DNA from: an uncultured bacterium | GTDB lineage: Bacteria; Desulfobacterota_D; UBA1144; Nemesobacterales; UBA2774 | Reading direction: 5' to 3' | Assembly (NCBI GenBank): GCA_963825135.1 | Contig: CAWGRW010000009.1 | Span: 2,432,001-2,496,000, forward strand | DNA: 64,000 nucleotides | Shown here: in pieces, positions 51,044-61,901 of the stretch | How positions within the stretch are numbered: the stretch's first letter is position 1 | Layout of the letters: each line of letters starts with the position of its first letter | The notes under the pieces: generated by a model | The model's input: the letters and a program-made list of their open reading frames with translations, nothing else | What the model was told of the DNA's origin: nothing | Databases searched by the model: none | Made by a program: the position numbers and the translations under genes

Positions 51044-52312
51044 ATGGACGCTTACCCGCTCAGGTGGCTTTTCGTCGATATGAACTCGTACTTCGCCTCG
51101 GTCGAGCAGCAGCTCACACCGGGACTGAGGGGCAGGCCGACTGTCGTAGTCCCGGTCATGACGGACAGCACATGCTGCATAGCCGCCAGTTACGAGGCAA
51201 GAAAGTACGGCATCAATACCGGGACTAACGTCGCCGAGGCCCGCAAGGCCTGCAGCGAGCTTAATATAGTGGAATCGAGGCCCGAAATATACGTCGAGAT
51301 GCATCATAAGATATTGTCGGCGGTCGATTCGGTACTGCCCGTGGAGAACGTCCTGTCAATCGACGAGATGGCGTGCCGGTTAACCGGGAGGCAGACGGAT
51401 TACGACAACGCCGTCTCCATAGGCCGTCAGGTGAAGAAGGCGATAAAAGAGCAGGCCGGGGAATACCTCCGGTGCTCTCTCGGGATCGCGCCCAACCGCT
51501 TCCTGGCGAAGGTCGCAAGCGATATGGAGAAGCCCGACGGGTTTACCGTGTTGGGCGAAGAGGAGCTCCCTCAAAGGCTGTATTCGCTGTCCCTGACCGA
51601 CCTGCCGGGTATCGGGAGAAGGATGCTCGCACGCCTGAAGGGCCGCGGCGTGCACACCGTCCGGGACCTCTGCACGCTGTCTCCGGAGAGGGTATCGGAC
51701 GTGTGGGGGAGCGTAGTGGGCAATCGGTTTCTTCTGATGCTCGGGGGCGAGGACATATACGATAGCGCTTCCGAGAGGAAGACCGTGGGTCACTCGCACG
51801 TGCTGCCGCCTGAATTGAGGACGGACGAAGGGGTGCGCGCGGTGTTCATGAGGCTCATACACAAGGCCGCTTTCAGGCTGAGGAGGCTCGGACACCTTTC
51901 CGATAAAATGGTGATCGCCATAGACTACCTCGGAGACGAAGAGAGCTGGAGAAAGGGCGTGAATATAACTAAGAAAAACGACACCCGCTCGATGATAGAA
52001 GCCTTTACGTCCGTCTGGACGGAAAGACCCTCCGGACGGAAGCCGCTCCGCGCGTCCGTTACGTTTACCGGCCTCTCTGCGTCGAGCGAAACCGCCATGC
52101 TCCTCTTCGACGGCGAGAGGAAGCTCGATAGGGTGGCGGGCGCTCTCGACAAGATAAACGAGCGTTACGGGATGGACAGCATCTATTTCGGCGGCATGCA
52201 CGGCGCCTCCGAGTCGGCTCCCATGAGGATAGGATTCACCTCCATACCGGACGTCGTGGCGGAGGGGAGTCGAATAAAACAAAGGCTTTCCCGGGGACCC
52301 GGGAAGGGTTGA
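51044..52312 (+). CDS. dinB: Y-family DNA polymerase (Pol IV-like)
   Basis: FVDMNSYFASVE, AASYEARKYG, SIDE, LAKVASDMEKPDG, LPGIG. Confidence 0.88.
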   Translation: MDAYPLRWLFVDMNSYFASVEQQLTPGLRGRPTVVVPVMTDSTCCIAASYEARKYGINTGTNVAEARKACSELNIVESRPEIYVEMHHKILSAVDSVLPVENVLSIDEMACRLTGRQTDYDNAVSIGRQVKKAIKEQAGEYLRCSLGIAPNRFLAKVASDMEKPDGFTVLGEEELPQRLYSLSLTDLPGIGRRMLARLKGRGVHTVRDLCTLSPERVSDVWGSVVGNRFLLMLGGEDIYDSASERKTVGHSHVLPPELRTDEGVRAVFMRLIHKAAFRLRRLGHLSDKMVIAIDYLGDEESWRKGVNITKKNDTRSMIEAFTSVWTERPSGRKPLRASVTFTGLSASSETAMLLFDGERKLDRVAGALDKINERYGMDSIYFGGMHGASESAPMRIGFTSIPDVVAEGSRIKQRLSRGPGKG

Positions 52313-52327
52313 GCATTGTATTGAATC

Positions 52328-52900
52328 CTATTCTCGGGCCTTGTGCCCGCGGCTCTTCTTTCCGAGCTTATTTACCGCCTTTTTACTCTCGTCGGCTACC
52401 TTTCCTATGGGGAAGAAAAAGAGGTACTGGCCCGTATCCTTGAGCACGTCGAACGCCCTCGACGAAACCCTGTCGAAAAACTGCACGGACTTTCCGTCCG
52501 TTATGAGCACCCAGTTCTGGGGCTGCCTCAGGACTTCGGGCATCTTTTCCTTGAGGAATGTAAGGACTTCGCGGAAACGGCTGACGGCTATGCCGTTTTT
52601 CTGGAGCGACACGAGCCACCTGAGGACTATGAAGTCCTCGGTCGAGTAGAGCTTGGGCACCCCCCTGCCCTTCGAGCTCCTCAGGCTCGGCACTATGAGT
52701 CCAGTGTGCTCGTAGTAGTAAAGATGGTCGAAATCGAGCTTTACGCCCTCGAGCGCCTCTATGAGCTGTATGACGTCTTTACTCTTGAGCCCCGACTGCA
52801 GCCTTCCCGGCGTTTCCGGTTTCTCCCTGGCAATTTTTTCCGCGCTCTTTTTCACTTTGGATGTCCGAAAAAATATTCGCACCCGGTAATCTAGCTTCAA
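52328..52900 (-). CDS. MerR-like HTH protein
   Basis: LYYYEHTGLIVPS...KLYSTED...LQKNGI pattern; start uncertain. Confidence 0.7.
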   Translation of the reverse strand: MKLDYRVRIFFRTSKVKKSAEKIAREKPETPGRLQSGLKSKDVIQLIEALEGVKLDFDHLYYYEHTGLIVPSLRSSKGRGVPKLYSTEDFIVLRWLVSLQKNGIAVSRFREVLTFLKEKMPEVLRQPQNWVLITDGKSVQFFDRVSSRAFDVLKDTGQYLFFFPIGKVADESKKAVNKLGKKSRGHKARE

Positions 52901-52989
52901 AATATCACAAACGTCCTGCTAACGCAATCCCGCTTGACACCCAACTGTGACACCACTATGTTTCTAAAGAAAATGCTTCGGAGACGGTT

Positions 52990-53862
52990 ATGACGAATGG
53001 TCAGAGACTCAGGGAAATACTGTCCGGGCCGGGGATACTGGTCCTGCCGGGGGTCCACGACTGCGTGAGCGCGAAGCTCGCGGAGCGGGCCGGGTTCAGT
53101 GTCGCGTTCACGAGCGGATTCGGGATATCGGGCGCTTTGCTGGGGAGGCCTGATTACGGTTTTCTCACGGCGACGGAGATGATAACGAGCGTCGGCCGCA
53201 TCGCGGCCTCCGTAGGCATCCCCGTGGTCGCCGACATAGACACCGGGTACGGGAACGCGTTAAACGTGATGAGCACCGTTGAGGAGGTCGTGAGGGCCGG
53301 GGCAGCGGGGATAATACTGGAGGACCAGGTGTGGCCCAAGAAATGCGGCCACTTCGAGGGGAAGCGTGTAATTCCTATGGAGGAGCACGCGGAGAAGATA
53401 CGCGCCGCCGTCCTGGCCCGCGGCGAGAGCGGTCTCGTGATTGTCGGACGCACCGATGCGAGGGCGCCCCACGGTCTCGGGGACGCTATAAAAAGAGGGA
53501 GGGTATATCACGAAGCCGGGGCGGACGTCGTGTTTATAGAAGCGCCCGAGTCCCGGGAAGAGCTCAAGGAGATCGCCGCCGCTTTTCCGGGCGTGCCTCT
53601 ATTTGCCAATATGGTCGAGGGCGGGAAGACGCCCATTCTCACCGCACGGGAGCTCGGAGAGCTCGGGTTCAAGATAGCGGTTTTTCCTTTGGCCGCCCTC
53701 TTCTCCGCGACCAGAGCGATCGAGCTCTGTTTCGCGTACCTGATTGAGCACGGGACGACCGCGGGGTATAAGGAAATGCTCTCGTTTAAAGATTTTGAAG
53801 AGATAATAGACGTTCCCAGGTGGAGGGAGCTTGAAAAGAGGTTCGGGGTCGAGAACAGTTAA
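52990..53862 (+). CDS. Isocitrate lyase/PEP mutase family (PrpB-like) enzyme
   Basis: ADIDTGYG, EDQVWPKKCGH, RTDA, NMVEGGKTP. Confidence 0.9.
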   Translation: MTNGQRLREILSGPGILVLPGVHDCVSAKLAERAGFSVAFTSGFGISGALLGRPDYGFLTATEMITSVGRIAASVGIPVVADIDTGYGNALNVMSTVEEVVRAGAAGIILEDQVWPKKCGHFEGKRVIPMEEHAEKIRAAVLARGESGLVIVGRTDARAPHGLGDAIKRGRVYHEAGADVVFIEAPESREELKEIAAAFPGVPLFANMVEGGKTPILTARELGELGFKIAVFPLAALFSATRAIELCFAYLIEHGTTAGYKEMLSFKDFEEIIDVPRWRELEKRFGVENS

Positions 53863-55295
53863 TCGCCTAGTAATGACTGCATATCGAGCGGCTGTCCGTT
53901 GAGCGTTATCTGGCCCATCTCGTAGCTGGCGTTGAGCTCGTAATTGTCCCCGTTCCCCGTAATGATGCCCTGGTCCATGAGCCCCTTGATCTCGTCGCCC
54001 GTTTCCTCTTTCGCCATTCCGGCGATTTCCTCATCGGGCGGTATTTCGTCGTCGGCCTTCTTGAAATCTCCCAATATCTCTTCCTTCTTGTAGTCCGTAA
54101 TGACCCGTTCCAGAAGCGGCTTGGTCACGGATACCCTGGCGTTTGCCTTTATCGCCGTAACCAGAAAGAGGGGGTTCGACGCGAGCTCCGGGTTGTCCAT
54201 GTTGGTTCCGTCGACTGAAATTTTGAGGTGGCCGTCGAGACTGCCGTCGGAGGTTTTGATCGTCAATTTCGTGAGGTCTATCTCAGGGGATTTCTTGATC
54301 AGACCGGGAACGATCTTCATCAGCTCCGTCATGAATGCCGCTCTCGCTTCCTCTGTTTGCGGCGCGTTCTGATTCTTCCTTAGCAGGTCCTGGATTTTAA
54401 TCCACGAGGCCATATCTATGTTTCGTATGGCAAGCTCGTATCCGCCCGGGCCGTATTTGCTGCCTCCGGCGTCTATCTCCTTGAACCCGAGACTGTGGGT
54501 GCTGTTGAGGATTCCTTCAGATTCGGTCGAAGCGCCTGTAAGCGCGATACCGGTTATAGAGAAATCCTCGTGCCCGGCGCTGTTTTTATCCTTCGTCCGG
54601 GCCGCGATTTCGTCGATTGCAAAGTTGATATCCCCGACCGGGTATTTGTTTTCGGGGCCGACGTATTTCAGCCTTGAAGCCCCGCTGAGCCCGGTAATTG
54701 TAAAATCAGTGTCTTTACCGGTCAGTTTGAGCCCCGCTGATTTGAATTCCGCATCAACGTCTCTGAATTCCGGGCTGAATTTAACGTCGCCCGTCAGCCC
54801 TTCCCATTTGAGATTCCCTCCCCCTTTCCCCGCCCCGGTTTCGATACCCGGCATTGTAATATCGGTTATGCCCACGCCGTCGAGCGAAAGTCTCGTCAAG
54901 AGGCTCACCGGGGGCAGCTTCTTTATTATTTGCGAGAATTCCGATTCCCCGACCGGTATCGCTACCAGCTTCGAGTCGATAACTGCCATGACAGGCGTAA
55001 GCCCGGACATCCCGCTCAGTACCGCCTGAACCGGAAACGGTCCGTGGTAGATCGTATCTGTTTCCTCGAATTTTACGATCTCGGCGTCTCCGTTCTTGAT
55101 AACGAATGTAGTCCCGGCTCTGGAATTCAGCCACCCCTTATCGTAGCTCTTTTCGACGATCGAGACATTGCCCGTGTTGGAATATGTGCTGATGATATCG
55201 TTATAGACCCTCTCCGTCTGGATACCGAACCAGTAAGGCAGTCCGAATAAAGCCAGAACGGCTATGAGCACGATAACGATTATGACACGGCGCAT
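53859..55295 (-). CDS. YdgA (DUF945) family protein
   Basis: N-terminal anchor, PYWFG, YDKGWLNS, IYHGPFP, C-terminal GQITLNGQP. Confidence 0.85.
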   Translation of the reverse strand: MRRVIIVIVLIAVLALFGLPYWFGIQTERVYNDIISTYSNTGNVSIVEKSYDKGWLNSRAGTTFVIKNGDAEIVKFEETDTIYHGPFPVQAVLSGMSGLTPVMAVIDSKLVAIPVGESEFSQIIKKLPPVSLLTRLSLDGVGITDITMPGIETGAGKGGGNLKWEGLTGDVKFSPEFRDVDAEFKSAGLKLTGKDTDFTITGLSGASRLKYVGPENKYPVGDINFAIDEIAARTKDKNSAGHEDFSITGIALTGASTESEGILNSTHSLGFKEIDAGGSKYGPGGYELAIRNIDMASWIKIQDLLRKNQNAPQTEEARAAFMTELMKIVPGLIKKSPEIDLTKLTIKTSDGSLDGHLKISVDGTNMDNPELASNPLFLVTAIKANARVSVTKPLLERVITDYKKEEILGDFKKADDEIPPDEEIAGMAKEETGDEIKGLMDQGIITGNGDNYELNASYEMGQITLNGQPLDMQSLLGD

Positions 55296-55450
55296 TTTTG
55301 TCTCCCGAATGTTAAAAATCTATTATAATTATATTTCTTTTGGCATTGAAAAATCAACACTGCCCGATAATTATCAATCGCTCTCTCGTTTTCCGGGCCC
55401 GGAACGTATATCCCGGTTATCCTGAATCCCGCGAATCAGGCGCGAATCGA

Positions 55451-56082
55451 CTAGTTGACGTTATTCTTCAAGTCCGCGAGAAAGGCATTCAATACTTCAC
55501 CGAGCGCGGTATTCCAGCCCTTCATGAGGTCTTTGGCCGTAGGGGAGGCGATCGGCGCCTCGAAGCTGTAGTTCTTGGCCATAACTATCTTCGTGTTGTC
55601 GTCGTAGCTGCTGTCCGTCGTATATTTCAGGAGCAGGAACTGTATCTCCAGCACTGCTTTCGGAGCGGATCTGAAGTCCCCGTACAGGCGGACGACGTTG
55701 CCTTCGATGAAGTAGTTGGCGTCTGCCTGAGTGACAGAGCCGAAAACATCCTGGAAGAGGCCCGCGTCGTTGAGCCACCTTCCCGTCACTTCTGTCAGCA
55801 TGGCGCCCGGGGGTCTGAAGAATTGGTTATAGAAGTCGGATTCGTAGCTCAGATCGCCCGTCCTGTATATGAACTCCTTCCCGTCGCTGCCCGGGGAGAT
55901 GTTGAAACGGGAGATTTCGACGACAGCGCCCTTAACCGGCGGGTATTTTACCGTTACTGGCGGCACTTCGAACATGTAAATACTGCCTTTCAGGATAACT
56001 TTTGCTTAGACCGGAGCAGCCCGTCACGATAAGGAGTACAACAATCAGTTGAAGATATATATGTATGATGAACGTATTTCAT
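55451..56082 (-). CDS. ABC transport auxiliary lipoprotein (PqiC-like), 5' frameshift
   Basis: Lipobox IVTGC upstream in frame, FIYRTG...YESDFYNQF; last gene of the MCE operon. Confidence 0.72.
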
Positions 56083-57036
56083 TTTGTCTTTTCCTCCCCT
56101 TCTATATGCGGCGGCGGGTTTCCGAAGAGGACCCATGAGGGATACTTCTTCAGCGTGTCCATAATTCCCTCGCTGTCCTCCGAAATCCGCTCAATATTCT
56201 CCATAGTCAGTTTTAGGCTGTGCTCCCTGCTCGACAACAGTCGGTCCGTCCGGTTGAGAGTGGTCCTCAGGTCGGAGGTTATGCGCGGTGACGTTGGCGA
56301 GCGTTTGCTTCGCTTCCTTGCTCTTGAGGATTGTTTCGAGCTCGGTAATCGTGTGTTGAGCGCCCTTTATCAGCCCTCTCACGTCCTTGCTCAGCTCTCC
56401 GACCTTTGCATCCTCGACTGCTTTGTTCAAGGTAACGACCAGTTTTTCTATTTCCGACCGAAATTTGCTTGAAGTCGATCTTGTCTATGCTCTCCGAAAG
56501 CTGTTCGATCGTCTGGGTGATTTGAGTGATGGTGCCGGGCGCAGAGGGTATGTACATGTATTCAGGCTTCCATTCGTGCTCAAAAGGCGGGTATCGGTCC
56601 GGGTCGAGATACACGGCGTTGAGGAATGCTATACCCGTAATGCCCTGGGAAGCCAGCTGGAGCCTGAGACCGTCTTTTATCATTTTCTTAATAACCGGCC
56701 TCCCTTTCTTCGTCCGTTTTGTAGAGCCTGCCCTTACCCTTTCCCGCCACCTTGTTGCGGGTAGATATCTGAGCCCTTACGAGGACGTATTGTTTGTTAG
56801 TTTTATATTCGTTGAACACGAACCCGATCGAGCTTACGTTTCCTATCTGGACGCCCTGGAATTCGAGAGACGACCCGACGGATAGGCCCTGGACCGACTG
56901 GTCGAAATATGTCTCGACCGTGACCTTTTGCTCGAAGAACTTCCCTCCGCCGAAAAATATTATCGCCCCCGCGAGTATCACGAAGCGCCAGTATTACGAA
57001 CAATCCTATCTTGAAGAAGTTGGGTTTCTGGCTCAT
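56079..57036 (-). CDS. MlaD/MCE family protein (several frameshifts)
   Basis: FKIGLFVI, YFDQSVQGLSVGS..FQGVQIG, GLRLQLASQGITG, KKYPSWVLFG pieces in successive frames. Confidence 0.82.
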
Positions 57037-57049
57037 GTCCTATTTTCCC

Positions 57050-57839
57050 TTATTTTTGATTTTGCGTGCCGAGCTGCTCATCGGTCTGCCTTCTGAAAAA
57101 TTTCTGAACCACCGGTATCGTCGAATGATCCCTCAGGTACTCGGGCTTTCCGGTCGCAATTATATTCTTCGTGCTCTTGTCGAGCATTATGACCCTGTCG
57201 GCGATTGTGTAAATGCTGTTGAGCTCATGCGTAACGACGATAAACGTTACTCCGAGGCTCCGCGAGAGCTGTATTATCAGCTGGTCGAGCTCCGCCGAGG
57301 TGATGGGGTCGAGACCCGCCGAGGGCTCGTCGAGGAACAGCACCTCCGGATCGAGCGCCATCGCCCTCGCCAGCGCCGCCCTCTTTATCATTCCGCCGCT
57401 CAGCTCGGAAGGCATCTTCTGCTTCGGAGCCGTCGAGCCCCACGAGCTCGAGCTTCATCCGTCCGATGAGGTGCCTTGCCTCCCTGCTCAAGTCCGTATA
57501 TTCCTCAAGCGGCAGCATCACGTTCTCGAGCACGGTCATGGAGCCGAATAAAGCGCCCAGCTGATACGCAACCCCTATCTTTTTTCAATAATATTGATCC
57601 TGTCCTGACCCTCCGCCTTCGTGATGTCTTCCCCTTTAATTATTATATTCCCTCTGGCTGGTTTGTAGAGGCCTATCATGTGTTTCAAGAGCGTGCTCTT
57701 TCCGCAGCCGGAGCCTCCCAGTATCGACGAATATCTCGCCCCTCAAGACTTCGAACGAAATATCGTCGATGATTACGACGTCCCCGTATTTCGCCGTGAA
57801 ATCCTTAACGTCTATTATCGCTTCTTTCCCGCCGCTCAT
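57050..57839 (-). CDS. MlaF-like ABC ATPase (several frameshifts)
   Basis: GGSGCGKS Walker A, YQLGALFGSMTV, PSELSGGM, LDEPSAGLDP, VTHEL across frames. Confidence 0.85.
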
Positions 57840-57840
57840 G

Positions 57841-58991
57841 TCAGATCCCCAGTATGTAATATATTACTCCGAAGATACCGTCGACGACTATCATAAGTAT
57901 AATCCCCGTTACGACCGCCGTTGTCGCAGCGTCGCCTACCGCGGACGGCCCTCTCGAAGCCCTCATGCCGGACAGGCAGCCCACGCCCGCAATGAGAACC
58001 GCGAAGAAGAGGGTCTTGAACAGTCCCGCGAGCAGCATGACATAGGTTCCCGAAGCCGTTATCTGGTTTATGTAGGTCGTGAAGGTGTATCCCATGGACA
58101 GTATTACGACGAGACCCCCGAGGAGGCCGAACAGGTTCCCGAAGACCGTGAGCAGGGGGAGCATGAAAAGGGCGGCAATGACCTTGGGGACGACCAGGAA
58201 ATTAACGGGGTCGAGTCCCATGGTGTCGAGAGCGTCGAGCTCCTCGTTCACTTTCATGGTGCCGAGCTCGGCGGCGAATGCCGAGCCGCTCCTGCCGTTT
58301 ACGACGAAGGCCGTCATCAGCGGGCCGAGCTCTTTAAAATAGGCGATGACGATCAGGTCGGCGACAAATATTTGGGCTCCGTACTGCTGCATCGGTATGG
58401 CGGACTGGAACGCGATTACGAGTCCGACCAGAAAATTTACGAGAGCGATGATGAAAAGGGAGTTAGCCCCGAATTTCTCGCATGTGACGAAAACCTCCTT
58501 CCATCTGATCTTGGAGGGGTTAACGGCGGCGGCAAATAGCCCGACTGTGACGCGTCCGGTGAAGTATATATGCACCTTCAGCTCTTCGAGCATTTCCCAC
58601 GATGTCTTTCCCACCCTTTCGACAATATTTCCCGAAGGGGGTTGTCCCGTCCCCTCGGGTTTTGCCAGCTCGTCGATTTTAAATAGCCTGTAGAGCCTTT
58701 CGTTGTCTTTGCTGAGCCCCCTCAACTCGAAGCCGCCCCCTTTCCTCTTCTGAATCAGCTCAAGCTCGATAAGGAGGGCTATGCCCGAGGCGTCGCAGTA
58801 CTCGATCCCCTCTGCGTCTATGATCAGTTTCCGCGGGGTTGGATTTTTCTAGCTCCGTAGGAGGAGTCTTTCCAGATTTTTCCCGTCGAATATACATCGA
58901 GGCGCCCCTTTATTTTGAGTACGAGGGTACCGTCGGATTCTTTCGATGCCTCGACTGATGGAGGGGAAAACGCGGCGTCATGGTCTTTCAT
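57841..58991 (-). CDS. MlaE-like permease with N-terminal STAS domain (frameshift in STAS)
   Basis: KELGPLMTA, GRSGSAFAAELGTMKVNEELDAL; upstream IKGRLD and YCDASGIALL STAS motifs. Confidence 0.87.
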
Positions 58992-59085
58992 ATAATTGTC
59001 GGCGGGTATTTGAGTACCGTTAATATGACATCAAAACAGTGGATTAACAAGTGAGATTAACATAGAATAAACAATAGAACCGGAT

Positions 59086-60177
59086 ATGAAAGGAAATGCC
59101 CCATTTGTCAGGAACCTCGAGGCATTCTATTACGCGGAAGTCTTTCTCGTCTGCGCGGTATCCGCCATACTGACCATAAGGCTCTTTCTCCACATGACGG
59201 GTTATCCCCAGATAGGGGGCGGCACGCTCCATATCGCGCATATGCTCTGGGGCGGGCTCCTCATGCTCGTGTCCATCATGATGCTGATAGGGTTTATCGG
59301 GAGGCGTACGGAGCTCTGGGCCGCAGTGCTCGGGGGAGCGGGGTTCGGGACATTCATAGACGAGGTGGGGAAATTCGTCACTAAGGACAACGATTATTTC
59401 TTCGCCCCTTCGGTCGCCATCATGTATATGGTGTTCATACTCATCGTGCTGTCCCTGCAGATGATCAAATCCGGCTGGACTTTCACGAAAAGGGAGTACC
59501 TGGTCAACGCTCTCAAGGGGCTCGAAGAGGCGGCGCTCAGAGACCTCGACGAGGACGAGAAGAAGAGGGTTCTGGCGTATCTCCGGAAAAGCGATCCGGA
59601 CAACCCGCTCACGGCCCCGGTCAGGGATCTCATCATCGGCACGGCCCCGGTACCCGTCTCTTCGCCGGGGATATATTTAAGGGCTAAAAACAGGTTCAGG
59701 AAGTCTTATGAAAGAGTTGCCGGAAGCAATTATTTCAGGACGGGCATCACCGTATTCTTCCTCCTCCAGCTTTTCGTGACTCTCGTTTATGTGGCGGTTT
59801 TTACACTGTTTATCGGATTCGGGAAGGATAAGATTATGAGTATCCGAGCTCTCGAAAACGTGACTATCAGATTCACCGGCCTGACCTTTATCGACAAGGC
59901 GCAGATTTTCTCGTCGGCCCTATCGGGGGTTTTTGTCTTTCTCGGGGTCTATTACCTGAGGAAATCGCGGCTTCTATCGTTACGGATGTTCGAGTGGTCG
60001 GTACTTGTCTCCATACTCCTTACATACGTGTTTATATTCTACAAGGAGCAGTTCGCGGCGCTTGCGGGACTTTCGTTTAACGTCCTGATACTTATAGGTC
60101 TCAGGATAATGATAAGGAGGGAGGAGGCCGATGCGATGGCTGGCGAGGCCCGTATCAACTGGAGCAAGCTCGATTAG
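59086..60177 (+). CDS. Multi-pass membrane protein of unknown function
   Basis: Multiple TMs; HIAHMLWGG and GFGTFIDEVGKF polar motifs. Confidence 0.8.
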   Translation: MKGNAPFVRNLEAFYYAEVFLVCAVSAILTIRLFLHMTGYPQIGGGTLHIAHMLWGGLLMLVSIMMLIGFIGRRTELWAAVLGGAGFGTFIDEVGKFVTKDNDYFFAPSVAIMYMVFILIVLSLQMIKSGWTFTKREYLVNALKGLEEAALRDLDEDEKKRVLAYLRKSDPDNPLTAPVRDLIIGTAPVPVSSPGIYLRAKNRFRKSYERVAGSNYFRTGITVFFLLQLFVTLVYVAVFTLFIGFGKDKIMSIRALENVTIRFTGLTFIDKAQIFSSALSGVFVFLGVYYLRKSRLLSLRMFEWSVLVSILLTYVFIFYKEQFAALAGLSFNVLILIGLRIMIRREEADAMAGEARINWSKLD

Positions 60178-61043
60178 CCGGGTACGGCGCCGGAGGATAT
60201 GTAATAGATGAGGACGAAATAATACGACACCGGAAATACGAATAACAGGCTGTCGAACCTGTCGAGCACCCCGCCGTGGCCGGGGACTATGTCTCCCGTA
60301 TCCTTAATGCCCGCGCCCCTTTTGATGGCCGATTCCACCAGGTCTCCGAACACGGCCGAGACCGCGATGAGGAGGGAAAGGAATATCGTCCAGTCGGAAT
60401 TGAGCGGGGAACCGAAGCCGTAATTCACTATGAGGCCGGTCAGTATGCAGGCCATGATTCCGCCTATCGTGCCCTCAACGGTCTTCCCGGGGCTGATGGC
60501 GGGGGCGAGCTTCCTCTTGCCGAACCGGAGTCCCGTAAAATAAGCCCCGGTGTCGTTGAGGAACGTGCACGCGACCGTAATAAATATATAGAAAAACCCG
60601 GGGTCTTTAAGCCCCTGCCGGCTGAGAGCGAACTCCTTTATTCCGTCAATGGCGCCAATATCCCTGAGCAGTATCGCATGGCTAAGGAGCCAGCCTATGT
60701 ATATTATCCCGAAGAGCGTCACCCCCGCCCTCAGCACCGTGCCGCCTTCCCTGAGCTTCCAGAGCTCGAAAACCAGCACAAGCACGACCGCGCCCGTAAA
60801 GGTCATCACGAAATAGATATAGCCCATGTACGCGGAAACGGCGAGAAGGAGCGAAAAAGCGATGCCCGATATCTTTTCGTCGGGAAAGTTCCTCGACCGC
60901 AGCAGTTTCTGAAACTCTATCTGGCCGAGCAGTATCAGCGCCATGAAGAAGAGAAGGTAGATTAATCCCCCTATGCGGAAAATCGCATACAGTATCGGCA
61001 CCGCTATCGCGGCCGTAAGTATCCTCTGCCGGAAGTTGCTCAT
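60174..61043 (-). CDS. cdsA: Phosphatidate cytidylyltransferase
   Basis: DTGAYFTG, ISPGKTVEG, GDLVESAIKR...KD...PGHGGVLDRFDS. Confidence 0.96.
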   Translation of the reverse strand: MSNFRQRILTAAIAVPILYAIFRIGGLIYLLFFMALILLGQIEFQKLLRSRNFPDEKISGIAFSLLLAVSAYMGYIYFVMTFTGAVVLVLVFELWKLREGGTVLRAGVTLFGIIYIGWLLSHAILLRDIGAIDGIKEFALSRQGLKDPGFFYIFITVACTFLNDTGAYFTGLRFGKRKLAPAISPGKTVEGTIGGIMACILTGLIVNYGFGSPLNSDWTIFLSLLIAVSAVFGDLVESAIKRGAGIKDTGDIVPGHGGVLDRFDSLLFVFPVSYYFVLIYYISSGAVPG

Positions 61044-61104
61044 GTAATTCAAGTAGATATACTTTCCATAACTTGGAAGATATTGCAAATGAATTGTATA
61101 TCCG

Positions 61105-61869
61105 ATGAATACCCCTCAGATAGAGCCGATCTGGAGCCCCTCGGATAAGCCCGTGAGGGCCGCGGTCCTCCTCTCGGGCTCGGGGACGAATTTCATTGCC
61201 GTGCATGAAGAGGGTAAGCTGCTCGCGGCAGGCGGGGGGAAACCCTTCGCTGTGATCGGAGCCGTGTTTACGAACGTCCCCGGATGCGAGGGGGTGTTAA
61301 AAGCTGCCGGGCTCGGAATCCCTGTCCTCTCCCTCAGCTCCAAAATCTTTTTCTCCTCCCTGGGCGTAAACCCCGACGACGACGGGGCGAGGGATTATTT
61401 CGATGCGGCCGCGGCCGCCCTGATCGAGGAGGTGTGCTCCCCTGACGTCATATTGCTCGCGGGTTACAGGCGGCGTCTCGGCGGCATGTTTCTAAGGAGA
61501 TACAGAAACCGCGTGGTCAATCTCTATCCCGGCGATATAACGAAAGGCTATCTCGTAAAGGGCGTGGATGCTTCCGTTCAGGCCATACGGGCCGGCGAGG
61601 GTTCTATAAAGTGCACCGTTTACCTGGAGCGGGAGCAGGAGCGGTTCGGGCCGGCGCTGGTTCAGTCGGAGCCTCTATCCCTTGCAGGGTATAGGGAAGA
61701 GGACGCGGGGGCCGTCAACGAGCTCATACGTTCGAAGGGAGAGTGGAAGATATTCCCATACGCAGTCCATAATCTGATAGCGGGCGGCAGGCTCGGAATA
61801 GACGGGGACGACAACGTATACCTCGACGGAAAGAAGCTCGGAAAGGAAGGATATCAATTCAGGGAATGA
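61105..61869 (+). CDS. PurN-like formyltransferase-fold protein with substituted active site
   Basis: VLLSGSGTN, LLAGY, but NLYP and CTVY in place of NIHP and TVH. Confidence 0.75.
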   Translation: MNTPQIEPIWSPSDKPVRAAVLLSGSGTNFIAVHEEGKLLAAGGGKPFAVIGAVFTNVPGCEGVLKAAGLGIPVLSLSSKIFFSSLGVNPDDDGARDYFDAAAAALIEEVCSPDVILLAGYRRRLGGMFLRRYRNRVVNLYPGDITKGYLVKGVDASVQAIRAGEGSIKCTVYLEREQERFGPALVQSEPLSLAGYREEDAGAVNELIRSKGEWKIFPYAVHNLIAGGRLGIDGDDNVYLDGKKLGKEGYQFRE

Positions 61870-61901
61870 CGCGTGGAGCCGGGCGAGCCGAACAGCATTA
61901 C

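Noticed and set aside
52990..53862. Naming the ICL-family gene prpB
   Set aside because: KKCGH is shared by several lyases and no prpC or prpD is nearby, so the substrate cannot be assigned.
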